The notes under the pieces were generated by a model. It saw only the letters and a list, made by a program, of their open reading frames with translations, had not been told where the DNA came from and ran no database searches. The position numbers and the translations under genes are program-made. From Macrostomum hystrix (lineage: Eukaryota; Animalia; Platyhelminthes): a stretch of DNA of 64,000 nucleotides. The stretch is from assembly GCA_950097015.1 (NCBI GenBank), contig CATNEN010000037.1, forward strand, positions 3,844,001-3,908,000, given 5' to 3'. The first letter of the stretch is position 1. Every line of letters begins with the position of its first letter. Positions 34,810-46,670 of the stretch are shown in pieces.

Positions 34810-36351
34810 ATGTGCAAGTGCTTCAACAAATGCATGCTGATCGCCATCAACGTGGTGTTCCTCATACTAGGAGCGGCCATCACAGCGGTGGCCATCTGGG
34901 TGATCGCCTCGCAGAATAGCATGTTCCAGTTTATGCAGCTGCTAACCAAGGATGTCAACGTTGACAAGCAGACCATGGACAACTACTTAAGCGGAACTTC
35001 GACACTGCTAGCCGCCGCCTACATTGCTGTTGCGTTCGGCGGCCTCTCTGTCATAATCGGCTTCTGCGGCTGCTGCGGTGCCATCAAGGAAAACGCATGC
35101 CTGCTCATCTTTGTAAGTGTAACATTTGATCAGTTTTCATGGCAAAGCTTTGCTTCAGTCGGTTGTATCCTCTAAGTAAACCGACCGATTATTCACCCCA
35201 TTCGAACAGTACTCGGTCTCCATCTCCCTGATCTTGCTGGCTGAGATCGCTGGCGCCATTGTCGCTGGCGTGTTTAAAAACCAGATTGGCGACCAGTTGA
35301 AGCCGCGCTTTATCACCCTGGAGAAGAATCACTTCTTGCCACTGAACCACACTTTTGGCAACGAGAGCAGCTCTGACATCACTATCACTACCTATATCAA
35401 CTACCTGCAGGTCTCGGTGAGTTCTTGCAGCATCTTTGTTTACTTTTGACAATGGTAGCCAATCAGAGACGAGAGAGGGGAAGAGGTGGAAATCGAAGCG
35501 AGACTGCAGCCAATCACGGTTAGCAACAAACGATTGGAGAATTTCTTTAATTTAAAATGAAAATGAAACATTTTGTCTATCTTTGAGGTCGCTGTTTTTT
35601 CTCGGTCTTTCTATTACTAGTAGTGTATGCCATGTATTATCGATTCCTTTCAGCTCGAATGTTGCGGTGTCACCAACCAGTCTGACATCACTAGCAGTGA
35701 CACCAAATGGTCCAAGTCCAATCCGCGGTACAACGGCCTGCCGCAGAGGGTTCCAGTCACCTGTTGCAAAATGAAGTCCAACCGAGGCGACCTGCTGTCT
35801 AAGAATGACTGGAAAAATGCGGGCAATTACCTGGAAGACCCACTGTGTCCTAACATGGGCACTAATTCTCTAACCGAGGTAAGTAAATTGGGTAAAAAGT
35901 CGTAATTTATCAGAAGGGTTAACCAACAATGCGTGTGTATACAACACAGCCTGATAATGAAAATTCACGGCTGAGGTGTACACACGGTGGATCTTAAAAC
36001 TTTGGTTCTATTTAGTTTTTTTGTTACATAGTTACTTTATTTACCTATAGGTGCAACTGTATTTACACTGCACTAAATAATCATTGCAGGGCTGCTACAC
36101 GAAGGTTGAAAGGATGATTAACATGTACTCATTGCCAATCATCATTGTCTGCGTTGTGGTTGCCTTGTTCGAGGTAAGTTTAACGCAATCACAATCAGAT
36201 ATCTACAGTGTGAAGTGCAGCTAGAGATGCGCCCTCTATCATGATAGAAACCAGTCAAACAAAGCATGAAATCATGTTTCAGATCTTCTGCGTCATAATG
36301 GCCGCCTGCATGGTCAACCGAATTCGCAAGGGTGACGGCACACACATCTAA
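34810..36351 (+). CDS. Tetraspanin B (295 aa); exons 34810-35112, 35210-35416, 35654-35878, 36090-36173, 36283-36351
   Basis: Paralogue of tetraspanin A with the same intron positions. Motifs GFCGCCGAIKEN, ECCGV, VPVTCC and GCY. Confidence 0.93.
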
Positions 36352-37633
36352 ACTTTGATCAGGACTGCACGCAGCTAGGGGACCAAGCCTATATTGAATA
36401 ATTAAACAGCTTCTGTGCTTAACTTTTGAGATTGGTTGCCCAGTGATTCACGAGCTGTATATCTGTATGGCTGTGAATTCACGAGAATTGCTGTGAATTT
36501 TCTATTTATCTCTCATTTAACAAAGCTTTTTATTTTATGTCTTTACGATAAAGATCGACATTAGTTCTCATTGTTTATTCTGTAAATTTTATTCAGAAAA
36601 CTATTGACTTTATCTGTAAAAGAGAAGAAAGAATAATTTTTAATCGTCATTTTACACAATAGAAAAACTTCGCCGTAACAATAAACTTGAGTTGAAAGTT
36701 TTATTTTCAGTCCAAGGTTTCCCGAGTCGCAAAATACTTAAAAAATTTGCGTTTAGGTATTTCATTAATTTGTTAACATAATAATACGAGGGTTGTCCGG
36801 CCAAAAATAGGACTGCTTTAATAACTCAGCAACAATGCATGCAAACAAAACGAAACTTGAGTCACTTCTCAACAAAGTTGCCACCTTTCTCCAGACACCG
36901 CTCCCACCTCACCAGCCACTTGTCGAAGGCCTCAGCGAAGCTAGACGCAGGCATAGGGGTCGTGACCCCCTCCCAAGCATTCTTGACCTCCTGTAGGGAG
37001 TCAAAACGGGCGCCAGCGATCGCGGCTTTGACTTTAGGAAATAGCCAAAAGTCGCATGGGGCCAAGTCCGGGGAGTACGGCGGATGTGGCACAGTCTGAA
37101 TGCCTCGCCTCTCCAGGAACTGCTGGGTCAACGCTGACACGTGGGGGCGGGCATTGTCATGATGGAGGAACCAGCCTCTTCGCGCCAGCTGCGGCCTCTT
37201 GCGGCTGATATGATCTTGCAGAGTGTCCAGGACCTCACAGTAGTACTGGCTGTTGACCGTCAGTCCATTTGGCACATAATGCGTGTACACCAGCCCGCTC
37301 GAGTCGAAGAACACAATGGCCATGGTCTTCTTGGCACTGCGCGACACCCGCGCTTTCGTTGGGGCCGCAGCTGCACGCGGAACCCACTGCTTCGACTGAA
37401 CCTTGGTCTCTGGGGTCACATAGTGCAGCCATGTCTCATCAGCAGTGATGACTCGATGACCGTGCTGATGGACGCTTGGCCAGGGAGTAGTCTGGTCTCT
37501 TACGGTTCCTCCCGGTGGTCCTGGCATCCCACCCCGGGTTGTAACTTGTCTTTTTTGGCTGCCCCCGCTCAGTTTTGGGATCGCGGCTGAGCGGGTTTTT
37601 CCTGCCTGTGTCTACAGGAAGCCCCTCTCTTCA

Positions 37634-39193
37634 TTGCAGCTTTCAATGGCTTCTAGCCCTTCAACTGCTCCGGCCGAGGACACCATGGTGCCTGAGGCCA
37701 TACACGCTGCGGCGCCCGGGCTAGCTGGCCCCGCGACCGCCACAAATGCCGCGCTGCCCAACTCGCGCGATGACCGGGGCGCTAAGCGCTCCACCACCTC
37801 TGGAGCGGCAAAACGCCGTAGGCGCATGCTGGCCCACGGCACGTCGGCTCCATTGACCAAGGACCAGGCCCAGGCCAGAGGGGCCGAAGGGGCTCTGCCT
37901 AGGGCGGGGGCTGGGGCGGGGGGCCTTGTGCCTCCTGCCCAGGCTCCTGCACGGGGCGGAGCCCACGACGCCCCGAGGCCAGGGTCGCGGGCCAAGGAGG
38001 GCCCGGCGCCCATCCGGACGGCTGCCCGGCCCGAAGGAGAAGCGGAGGCGGAGGGCCCTGTGCCCACCGCCGACGCAGATCCCGAGGGTGGGGACGCCAC
38101 CGGACAGGGCCCGGGACCACAAGCTACCTACGCCGCCATCGCACGTAGGCAACCTGCCGTCATCATCACCGGCAGAGACGGGAAAAGGCTGAGCAGCGAA
38201 CAGCTCAGCGACATTTGCCGCAACATAGATGCTATGTTGTGGCAACTTCAACTGAAGGGCGAGCCCCTGGCGGTCGGCGCAAGCGCTACCAGGGAATCGT
38301 GCTTCGTCGTCTGGCCCGGCGATGCGGAATCGGGGCGGCGGCTCCTCGAGTTGCTGCCCACGCAGAGCTGGGCGGCTGGCCTCGAGTTCCTACGGGAGAA
38401 CGAGCCACCAAAGACCAAGCGACACCGTATCTTCGTCCCGGCGAAAAGTGTCGTCACCAGCGCTGAGGACCTCCGCAGGGGCCTCATCGCGATGAACCGG
38501 GAGCTGCCGACAGCGGGCCTGATCGTGCACCGCACGATCCTGCGCCCCGACGGCACCGGTTTCACCGCCATTCTGGGCCTGTCCGAGCAATGGACACGCC
38601 GCTACCCAGATGGCGCCAACATTTGCATTGGTCTGTGGAAGACCAAAATCTTCGCCTTCGAGGCGGATAAAACCCGAGGTCAGACCGGGCCCACCACCGT
38701 ACCGGCCAATGAAGGGTCCTCGGACCCCAAGGCTGGGACTGGGGGCAGGGCCCAGTCGTCCCGCCAAAAAAGGCCAGAGCGTGCCATCGCTGGCGGCTCT
38801 GAGCGTCGCCCCGCGCGTGTCACAAAGCGCCGGGGCCTTCTCCAGCGGGCCTCCGAGGTGGTGCGAACCGCCAAGATGGCCCAGCTGCGCGCTGAGATGC
38901 GCGGTGGCCCACCGGGGCAGGCGCCGCAACCAAGGGCTACGGGGGAGGCCTCAGAGGTGCCCAGCTCCATCGAGCAGGGCCCTTCGAGCGCCCCTCCCAC
39001 GGCCCAGGGAGCGGTGTCGGCTCCAGTTGAGGGCGACTCTGGGCCTGGGCTCGGGGCCGGGGGCGGGGACTGGGCGGCTGACGCCGTCGAGTTCCCGTCT
39101 CCGGCTCGGGGCCTGGGCACGGAGGAGCCCATGGCTACCGACATCGACCCGGAGGAGGAGGACCGCCTTCTGGCTGGGTCCCCCTCCAAGTAG
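37634..39193 (+). CDS. LINE ORF1 (519 aa; disordered termini, central domain resembling LOA ORF1/DUF4780)
   Basis: Intact ORF just upstream of ORF2. Domain identity is from memory and unverified. Confidence 0.75.
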   Translation: MQLSMASSPSTAPAEDTMVPEAIHAAAPGLAGPATATNAALPNSRDDRGAKRSTTSGAAKRRRRMLAHGTSAPLTKDQAQARGAEGALPRAGAGAGGLVPPAQAPARGGAHDAPRPGSRAKEGPAPIRTAARPEGEAEAEGPVPTADADPEGGDATGQGPGPQATYAAIARRQPAVIITGRDGKRLSSEQLSDICRNIDAMLWQLQLKGEPLAVGASATRESCFVVWPGDAESGRRLLELLPTQSWAAGLEFLRENEPPKTKRHRIFVPAKSVVTSAEDLRRGLIAMNRELPTAGLIVHRTILRPDGTGFTAILGLSEQWTRRYPDGANICIGLWKTKIFAFEADKTRGQTGPTTVPANEGSSDPKAGTGGRAQSSRQKRPERAIAGGSERRPARVTKRRGLLQRASEVVRTAKMAQLRAEMRGGPPGQAPQPRATGEASEVPSSIEQGPSSAPPTAQGAVSAPVEGDSGPGLGAGGGDWAADAVEFPSPARGLGTEEPMATDIDPEEEDRLLAGSPSK

Positions 39194-39205
39194 ACCTCTG
39201 CCTGC

Positions 39206-42200
39206 ATGATGATCCCCGGAATATCATGTCTGCAAGTTAACACCCAGCACTGCGTGGCAGCATCAGTCAATCTGATGCGCACGACAGAGCGCATGATGCC
39301 GGGCCTTGTACTTGTGCAGGAGCCCTGGCTATCAAAGAACAAGCCAAGCAACATTCCTGCTGGCTATGACTGCTTCTGCATGGCAGACTCTGTCCGCCCT
39401 AGATCACTGATCTATGCCGCAAAAGCCTTAAATGCGTGGATGAGACCCGATCTCTCTAACGGGGACATCTGCGTCATCCAATCTGCACACATTGTGCCTA
39501 ACAAGTTGACCCTCGTGGCATCCGCCTACCTGGCAGGCGACGCCCCCGTGGTTAGCGATACCCTCGTCGCCCTCTGTGAATTCGCCAGGGCACGAAACTT
39601 CGAGCTGCTCCTCGCGGGAGTTGTAAACTCGCATCACACCCACTGGGGTAGCTCAAAAATCAATGACCGCGGCGAAGAGCTCCTGGCCTTCGTCAGCGGC
39701 ACGCCTCTAAACTTCTGCAATGTGGGCAACACGCCCACTTTCGACAATGGGCGGTGGGCTGAGGTGCTTGACGTCACCCTGGCCTCACCCGGCATCCTCC
39801 CAAGGGTGCTGGGGTGGGAGGTGTGGGAGACCGAAAGCTCGCTCTCGGACCACCGTTTCATCCGTTTCAACATCGGCACCCCCGATAAGAAGCAAAAGCC
39901 TATTTGGAGGCGTAATGTCAGAAATACCGACTGGCCCGCGTTCAGCCAAAAGCTGCATGAGGGCCTTCGGGATTCTGACCCCTCCATGGCCATGGAAACC
40001 ACGCAGGACCTGGATGGAGTGGCTGCCCTGCTGGGCGGCGCCATCACAGAGGCCTACGAAATGGCTTGCCCGCTCAAAGCCTACAAAGGCAAAAAATCGG
40101 CCCCCTGGTGGAACCCCGAGCTCGGAATCCTAAGACGCCGAGCTAAGGCTCTCCAGAGGAAGCTGAAAACCTCGCACGACCCTGATGACAAAGAGGCCTA
40201 TACTCGCGCCATCCATGAGTTTAAGGGCCGGGTCAGAAGGGCAAAAGCGAACAAGTGGCGACAATACTGCGAAGGGCTTGAGGGCTCGCGGCCCACGGCC
40301 CGCGTGGTAAAGGCGCTCACCAACGACCGCTTCTCCAAGCTCTCATCGATTAAAAAGCCGGACGGCTCGATCACTGAGCGCCCGGAGGAAACGCTCGAGC
40401 TTATGCTAGGGCATTTCTTCCCGAGTGTACCGGCGCACTTCGGCCCAGACGACCACTCGCGTGGAGGTCAGGGCTCAGTCACTCAGTTACGAATGACCGC
40501 ATCGTTCGGGCGGCTAAGTCATTCAATCCTTTTAAAGCACCTGGGCCAGATGGTATATATCCGGCCTTTCTGCATGAAGCGGTTAAAAATGGCCGCTTCC
40601 TCCATCTCCTCTGCAGACTTCTACGGGCCTGCATCGTGCTGGGCTACGTACCAGCGCGGTGGCATGAAGCCCGGGTCGTCTTCATCCCGAAGCCCGCCAA
40701 AGGCGACTATCGCTCGGTCAAGTCTTATCGCCCGATAAGCTTGACTTCCACCTGCCTCAAGCTCATGGAAAGACTGGTGCTCTGGCGCCTTCTTACTGTA
40801 GAGCTAGGGCGGGCCCCGCTCTCACCAAACCAGCACGCCTTTCGGGCGGGCCGGTCCACGGAGAGCGCCCTCCACTGCATTGTGGAGACTCTCGAGAAGG
40901 CAGTGCTGGGCAGCGGTTTTGCCCTGGCTGTTTTCCTTGATATTGAGGGGGCCTTCGATAACGTTATTTTCGAAGCCTTTGAGAAGGCCCTGGTTTCCAG
41001 GGCCACTCACCCCCACCTCGTCCGTTGGGTCATGTACATGATCCGGAATCGCCACGTGGTGGCCCACCTCGAAGGCAGGGTGCTCTCGGCACCTGTCCTA
41101 AAAGGAGGGCCCCAAGGTGGCGTCCTCACCCCACTGCTGTGGAATCTCGTCATGGATGAGCTGCTAAAAAGCACTCAGCCTGACCCAGTCCTGAAGGTGG
41201 GATATGCCGACGATGTGACCGCCATCTGCGCGGGCCCCTCGGCGGAAACCACCAGGGACCTCATTCAGGGCTTTATCAACAGGGCGGTGCGCTGGGCGGA
41301 CCAATGCGGGCTCCGACTCTCTGAGTCCAAGACCGTTGCGGTTATGTTTACCAGCAGGCTGCGCTGGACCATTGAGCCTCTGACTCTCTATGGCAAGAAT
41401 ATTGCCATGGAAAAGCAGGTCCGGTGCCTTGGTATCCTGCTAGACCATAGGCTTAACTGGACCCCGCACATTACCACAAAGGCCAAGAGGGCCCTGGCCA
41501 TTCTGGCGCAAGTCAGGCGAGCCGTGGGCACCACTTGGGGGCTAACCCCCAAAAACCTTTGGTGGATTTACACGGCGATCATTAGACCGTCAGTCGCTTA
41601 CGCTGGCCTCATCTGGGCCAGTGCCATGAGCATCCAGAAAAACCTGGAGGCGCTTTATAGGGTGCAGGGCAGAGCCTGTCGCATGACGCTGGGCGCCCCA
41701 CCCTCCACTCCCTTTGAAGGCATGAACGCTTTCCTCAACGCTACACCCATTGACATTTTTGTTAAGGGGGAAGCGGCAAAGTCCACCCGTCGTCTCCTTG
41801 ATGCGGGTGTATCCTTCCAGAATTCGCGAGCCTTCTCGAAGCGCTCCCTTCTGCCCCACTCTGACCTCTGCCTGAAAACTCTGGGCGAGTGCGGAGGGCT
41901 CACCATCCTTTCGGACGGGGCCCCGGCCACTTTACTCCGGAGCCACAGGTACAAAGTCAGCATCTTCCCTCGTAATGAGGTAAAGGACTGCTGGGATGAC
42001 CCCGCAGTCCACTGTTACACTGACGGCTCCCTGATGAACGGTAAATCGGGATTCGGGGTGTGCGTCGCCTCGGGTGGCGAGGTCCTCTGGACCCACTCCC
42101 AACACTGTGGCAAGAGCTCAAGCGTTTTCCAAAACGAAATGCTCGCCATCAGTTTCTGTGCGGCTGAGCTGCGCCAGAGGCAGCTGGCTGGTCGGAGGAT

Positions 42201-42906
42201 CTTTTTTCACTCCGACAGTCAAGCAGCCCTCAAGGCCCTCAGTCGCTGCACCTCTCGCTCCAGAACCACCTTGGACTGCAACACCCAGTTAAACGGTTTG
42301 GCGCAGTCTAACAAGGTGGAGCTGATGTGGATCGCTGGGCACGCCGGGCTCACAGGGAATGAGATGGCGGACGAGCTTGCAAAGGCTGGAGCAGCCAGCT
42401 CCCTGATGGGCCCGGGCCCGGAATCCCCGATCCCCGCCTCCGTTGTCAACTCCAGCATCAACCACTGGATGGAGACCCAGCACCGGAGGAGGTGGTCCAG
42501 CACCCTGAACTGTCGCCAGTCCAGGGCTGCGGTGCCAACCCCCTCTAGTAACCTGCGTAAGGCCTTACTCAGGCTAAACCGCAGAGACCTGAGAGCAGTC
42601 ACCATGGCCCTTTCGGGACATGGCTGCTTCACCAGACACCGCTACCTCCAAGGCCACGTGCCTGAGGAAACGTGTCCTTTCTGCTGCTCCGGCCGTGAAA
42701 ACGCCGAGCATTTCATTTGCCACTGCCCGGCCTTCACCCGGGCTAGGCTAAAACACCTCGGGCCGGCACCGACTCTTGCCGAAGCCTGCTCGCCCGAGAA
42801 CATCCCTCAGCTCGCCCACTTCCTCCGGGATACCGGCCGAGCTGATTTCTTCCCAGCCTATGGCGAGGAAGATCGCGCGGCGGAACCGACCGACGGACCA
42901 CCCTGA
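39206..42906 (+). pseudogene. LINE ORF2: AP endonuclease, reverse transcriptase, RNase H, CCHC knuckle; frameshifted near 40420-40490
   Basis: APE (QEPW, LDVT, SDHRFI); KAPGPDGI lies in the downstream frame; RT ([32 protein letters not shown]); RNase H (YTDGS, SDSQAAL, WIAGH, GNEMAD); CPFC...H...C. Confidence 0.9.
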
Positions 42907-43754
42907 GCGGCACCGCCTCGCTGGAGGCCGTCTGGCTGCCAGGGGTTAGCGATATGGGCGGCAACAGCCGCCTCCTCGCTGCGTCCGTCATGGAGGCCCC
43001 CTGCCGCTAAGTCAAGTAAGTCAAGATGACTCGATCAAGGAAGCCGGGATTGCTGCGCATCAGGCGATAGAAGTTCTTGGCGCAGCGAACTCGCTCAGCT
43101 CGGTTCTCCTCAGTCAGAAGGTGCGGCACCCATCTTGCTGACACATGCTTGAGCTGCAGATCCTTGGTCAGAATCTCGTCAACAGTTGTCTTCGATATGC
43201 CAGTCAAGTCGGACAGTTCCCTGACAGTGAGACGCCTGTCGTCGCTGATCAGCTCCTCAACCATCGCCACATTCGCTGGCGTCCTAACAGTTGGATCACG
43301 ATGGTGACCTCTGCCATCAGAGCCATCGTGACCTTCACGAAGCTGTTCAAATATGTAATACACTTGGCTCCGCGACAAGGCTTCGCTGCCGTAGATGGCC
43401 TGCAAGTGCTGCATGCACTCCTTGGCCGATCTCCCGGCCTTGAAGCAGTCAACAACGATTTCGCGCTGTTTAACCATCGTAAGTGGTAAGATAAGTGCTA
43501 GGAAATGTCGTAGGGGTATGCAATAGGCAAAAGCTTGCCTTAAGCAGTGTCAAGAAACCATAAATGCGCTGCTGTAGCTTTTTGAGGAGTTATGTCCATA
43601 GACATTGAAAAATATTATTATCGATTTTCAGATTCATATCTCACATAGCTGAAGTAATATTTGAGCAGTCCTATTTTTGGCCGGACAACCCTCGTATTAA
43701 TAATAATAATTGATTACACCTGTCCGATTGGGCCAGATGTGCAGCCGCAGCTAT

Positions 43755-45722
43755 TCCAATCTACAGTTTAGTCTGCCCATTCCACCCAATCTACAGTTTA
43801 GTCTGTCCATTCCACCCAATCTACAGTTTAGTCTGCCCATTCCACCCAATCTACAGTTTAGTCTGTCCATTCCACCTAATCTACAGTTTAGTCTGTCCAT
43901 TCCACCCAATCTACAGTTTAGTCTGTCCATTCGATCCAATCTACAGTTTAGTCTGTCCATTCCACCCAATCTACAGTTTAGTCTGTCCATTCGATCCAAT
44001 CTACAGTTTAGTCTGTCCATTCGATCCAATCTACAGTTTAGTCTGTCCATTCCACCCAATCTACAGTTTAGTCTGCCCATTCCACCCAATCTACAGTTTA
44101 GTCTGTCCATTCCACCCAATCTACAGTATAGTCTGTCCATTCGATCCAACCTACAGTTTAGTCTGCCCATTCCACCCAATCTACAGTTTAGTCTGTCCAT
44201 TCCACCAAATCTACAGTTTAGTCTGTCCATTCGATCCAATCTACAGTTTAGTCTGCCCATTCCACCTAATCTACAGTTTAGTCTGTCCATTCGATCCAAT
44301 CTACAGTTTAGTCTGTCCATTCCACCCAATCTACAGTTTAGTCTGCCCATTCCACCCAATCTACAGTTTAGTCTGTCCATTTGATCCAATCTACAGTTTA
44401 GTCTGTCCATTCCACCCAATCTACAGTTTAGTCTGCCCATTCCACCCAATCTACAGTTTAGTCTGTCCATTCGATCCAATCTACAGTTTAGTCTGTCCAT
44501 TCCACCCAATCTACAGTTTAGTCTGCCCATTCCACCCAATCTACAGTTTAGTCTGCCCATTCCACCCAATCTACAGTTTAGTCTGTCCATTTGATCCAAT
44601 CTACAGTTTAGTCTGTCCATTCCACCCAATCTACAGTTTAGTCTGCCCATTCCACCCAATCTACAGTTTAGTCTGTCCATTCGATCCAATCTACAGTTTA
44701 GTCTGTCCATTCCACCCAATCTACAGTTTAGTCTGTCCATTCCACCCAATCTACAGTTTAGTCTGTCCATTCCACCAAATCTACAGTTTAGTCTGTCCAT
44801 TCGATCCAATCTACAGTTTAGTCTGCCCATTCCACCTAATCTACAGTTTAGTCTGTCCATTCGATCCAATCTACAGTTTAGTCTGTCCATTCCACCCAAT
44901 CTACAGTTTAGTCTGCCCATTCCACCTAATCTACAGTTTAGTCTGTCCATTCGATCCAATCTACAGTTTAGTCTGTCCATTCCACCCAATCTACAGTTTA
45001 GTCTGCCCATTCCACCCAATCTACAGTTTAGTCTGTCCATTCCATCCAATCTACAGTTTAGTCTGCCCATTCCACCCAATCTACAGTTTAGTCTGCCCAT
45101 TCCACCCAATCTACAGTTTAGTCTGCCCATTCCACCCAATCTACAGTTTAGTCTGCCCACTCCACCCAATCTACAGTTTAGTCTGTCCATTCCACCCAAT
45201 CTACAGTTTAGTCTGTCCATTCCACCCAATCTACAGTTTAGTCTGCCCATTCCACCCAATCTACAGTTTAGTCTGTCCATTCGATCCAATCTACAGTATA
45301 GTCTGTCCATTCGATCCAATCTACAGTTTAGTCTGTCCATTCCACCCAATCTACAGTTTAGTCTGTCCATTCCACCCAATCTACAGTTTAGTCTGTCCAT
45401 TCCACCAAATCTACAGTTTAGTCTGTCCATTCGATCCAATCTACAGTTTAGTCTGCCCATTCCACCTAATCTACAGTTTAGTCTGTCCATTCGATCCAAT
45501 CTACAGTTTAGTCTGTCCATTCCACCCAATCTACAGTTTAGTCTGCCCATTCCATCTAATCTACAGTTTAGTCTGCCCATTCCACCCAATCTACAGTTTA
45601 GTCTGCCCATTCCACCCAATCTACAGTTTAGTCTGTCCATTCGATCCAATCTACAGTTTAGTCTGCCCACTCCACCCAATCTACAGTTTAGTCTGTCCAT
45701 TCCACCCAATCTACAGCTTAGT
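43755..45722 (+). repeat. 30-bp minisatellite TTCCACCCAATCTACAGTTTAGTCTG(T/C)CCA
   Basis: About 65 units. Source of the LNCRLGGMDR and NLQFSLSIPP ORFs. Confidence 0.97.
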
Positions 45723-46069
45723 CTTGCTGTGGTATACCATACAATCATGCGAAAAATGATTACAAGCAAGCTTTATGCACAGCTTCTTGGACAGCAATTT
45801 TATGTAAGCCTCTTTAATTTTCTAGGGCTTGTAAAAAATCTGCTTGGCGAAAAAATTCGTAATCACGCGCTGAACAAAGCTTTCAGTTGTGTTAGGCTGA
45901 CCATAAACATTAACAAAGCCAATACGCTTAATTTTTCTCGTACTATTGTATTTGTGTTTTGATGCAGACTTTAACAATTATTTTTGTAAGCTAAAAATGC
46001 GGAAAATCTCTTTGGGGCATCAAATTGGTGGTATAAGTTTCTGGGCGTTCGTGCCAGAGCAATTCCAGA

Positions 46070-46591
46070 TTAAACCGGCTTAAAATCTGGATCCTCCCTT
46101 GCGCACCTGATCAGATAATTAATCAGGTACTGTGATTTTATCTCTGGTCGCTGCTTTTGAATCAGTGGCGGCAGCGAGTTGCCTCGAATCTCAAGGACCT
46201 GCAGGCCGCCGGAACCTACCCTATGCAGGCGGGTGTACGGCTCCGTGCTGCCAGCCAGGCGGGGCACCAGGTCATCGAACATCTTGCGCACCAACTGATG
46301 ATTCTCCAGCCAGAAGAAGGCCAGGTCCCGCATAGCCGGACTGTCGGGTCCCAGCAGTGCGGCCTTGTGCAAGAGGAGCTCTGTGTACTGCTGAGTGTTG
46401 ACAGCCACCGATCGGTCGTCAAATTCCAAGCGCTCCTTAGCAACCAAAGCCGACACCGAGTCGCGCATTAACAACAAGCGACCCAATTTACCTGTGCCAA
46501 ATCCCATTGGCGAGTCGACGCGCACCTGCTTGCGCGGAAATGCGAAACGCATCCGGGTGGCCGCCACTCTTGCTGCCGCGCTGGAAGCCAT
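46070..46591 (-). CDS. MRPL17: Mitochondrial ribosomal protein bL17m, intronless
   Basis: Aligns by eye with MRPL17: R...L...LV..ERLE, AMRDLAFFWL, KMFDDLVPR, YTRL, VLEIRGNSLPPL. Confidence 0.88.
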   Translation of the reverse strand: MASSAAARVAATRMRFAFPRKQVRVDSPMGFGTGKLGRLLLMRDSVSALVAKERLEFDDRSVAVNTQQYTELLLHKAALLGPDSPAMRDLAFFWLENHQLVRKMFDDLVPRLAGSTEPYTRLHRVGSGGLQVLEIRGNSLPPLIQKQRPEIKSQYLINYLIRCAREDPDFKPV

Positions 46592-46670
46592 TTGCTGCTA
46601 GCCTGGCTGCGGGGAAATTATTGTTCAACTCAATCAATTTTGTCAATCTACTACTCAGTGCTCAAACATT

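Larger units (their letters stand above)
37458..43024 (+). mobile_element. Full-length non-LTR retrotransposon, LOA/R1-like clade with RNase H
   Basis: 11-bp TSD GATGACTCGAT (37447-37457, 43025-43035) and a TAAGTCAAG-repeat tail. Two ORFs with an APE-RT-RNase H-CCHC layout. Clade assignment is by recall of the N-terminal QVNTQH...QEPW motif and the ORF1 type. Confidence 0.93.
36787..43694 (-). mobile_element. Mariner (Tc1/mariner) DNA transposon, 1330 bp without the insert; transposase 43477-43025 + 37446-36862 (345 aa)
   Basis: Perfect 31-bp TIRs CGAGGGTTGTCCGGCCAAAAATAGGACTGCT (36787-36817, 43664-43694) with TA on both sides. Motifs WVPHLL, VITADETW, HDNARPH and YSPDLAPCD; D,D34D spacing counted. 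The ORF is in frame once the LINE and one TSD copy are removed. Confidence 0.97.

Noticed and set aside
40420-40490. Programmed -1 ribosomal frameshift in LINE ORF2
   Set aside because: No X-XXY-YYZ slippery heptamer seen; a 1-nt deletion is simpler.
43710-45769. 672-aa and 224-aa repeat ORFs
   Set aside because: Translations of a 30-bp satellite with no non-repetitive domain.
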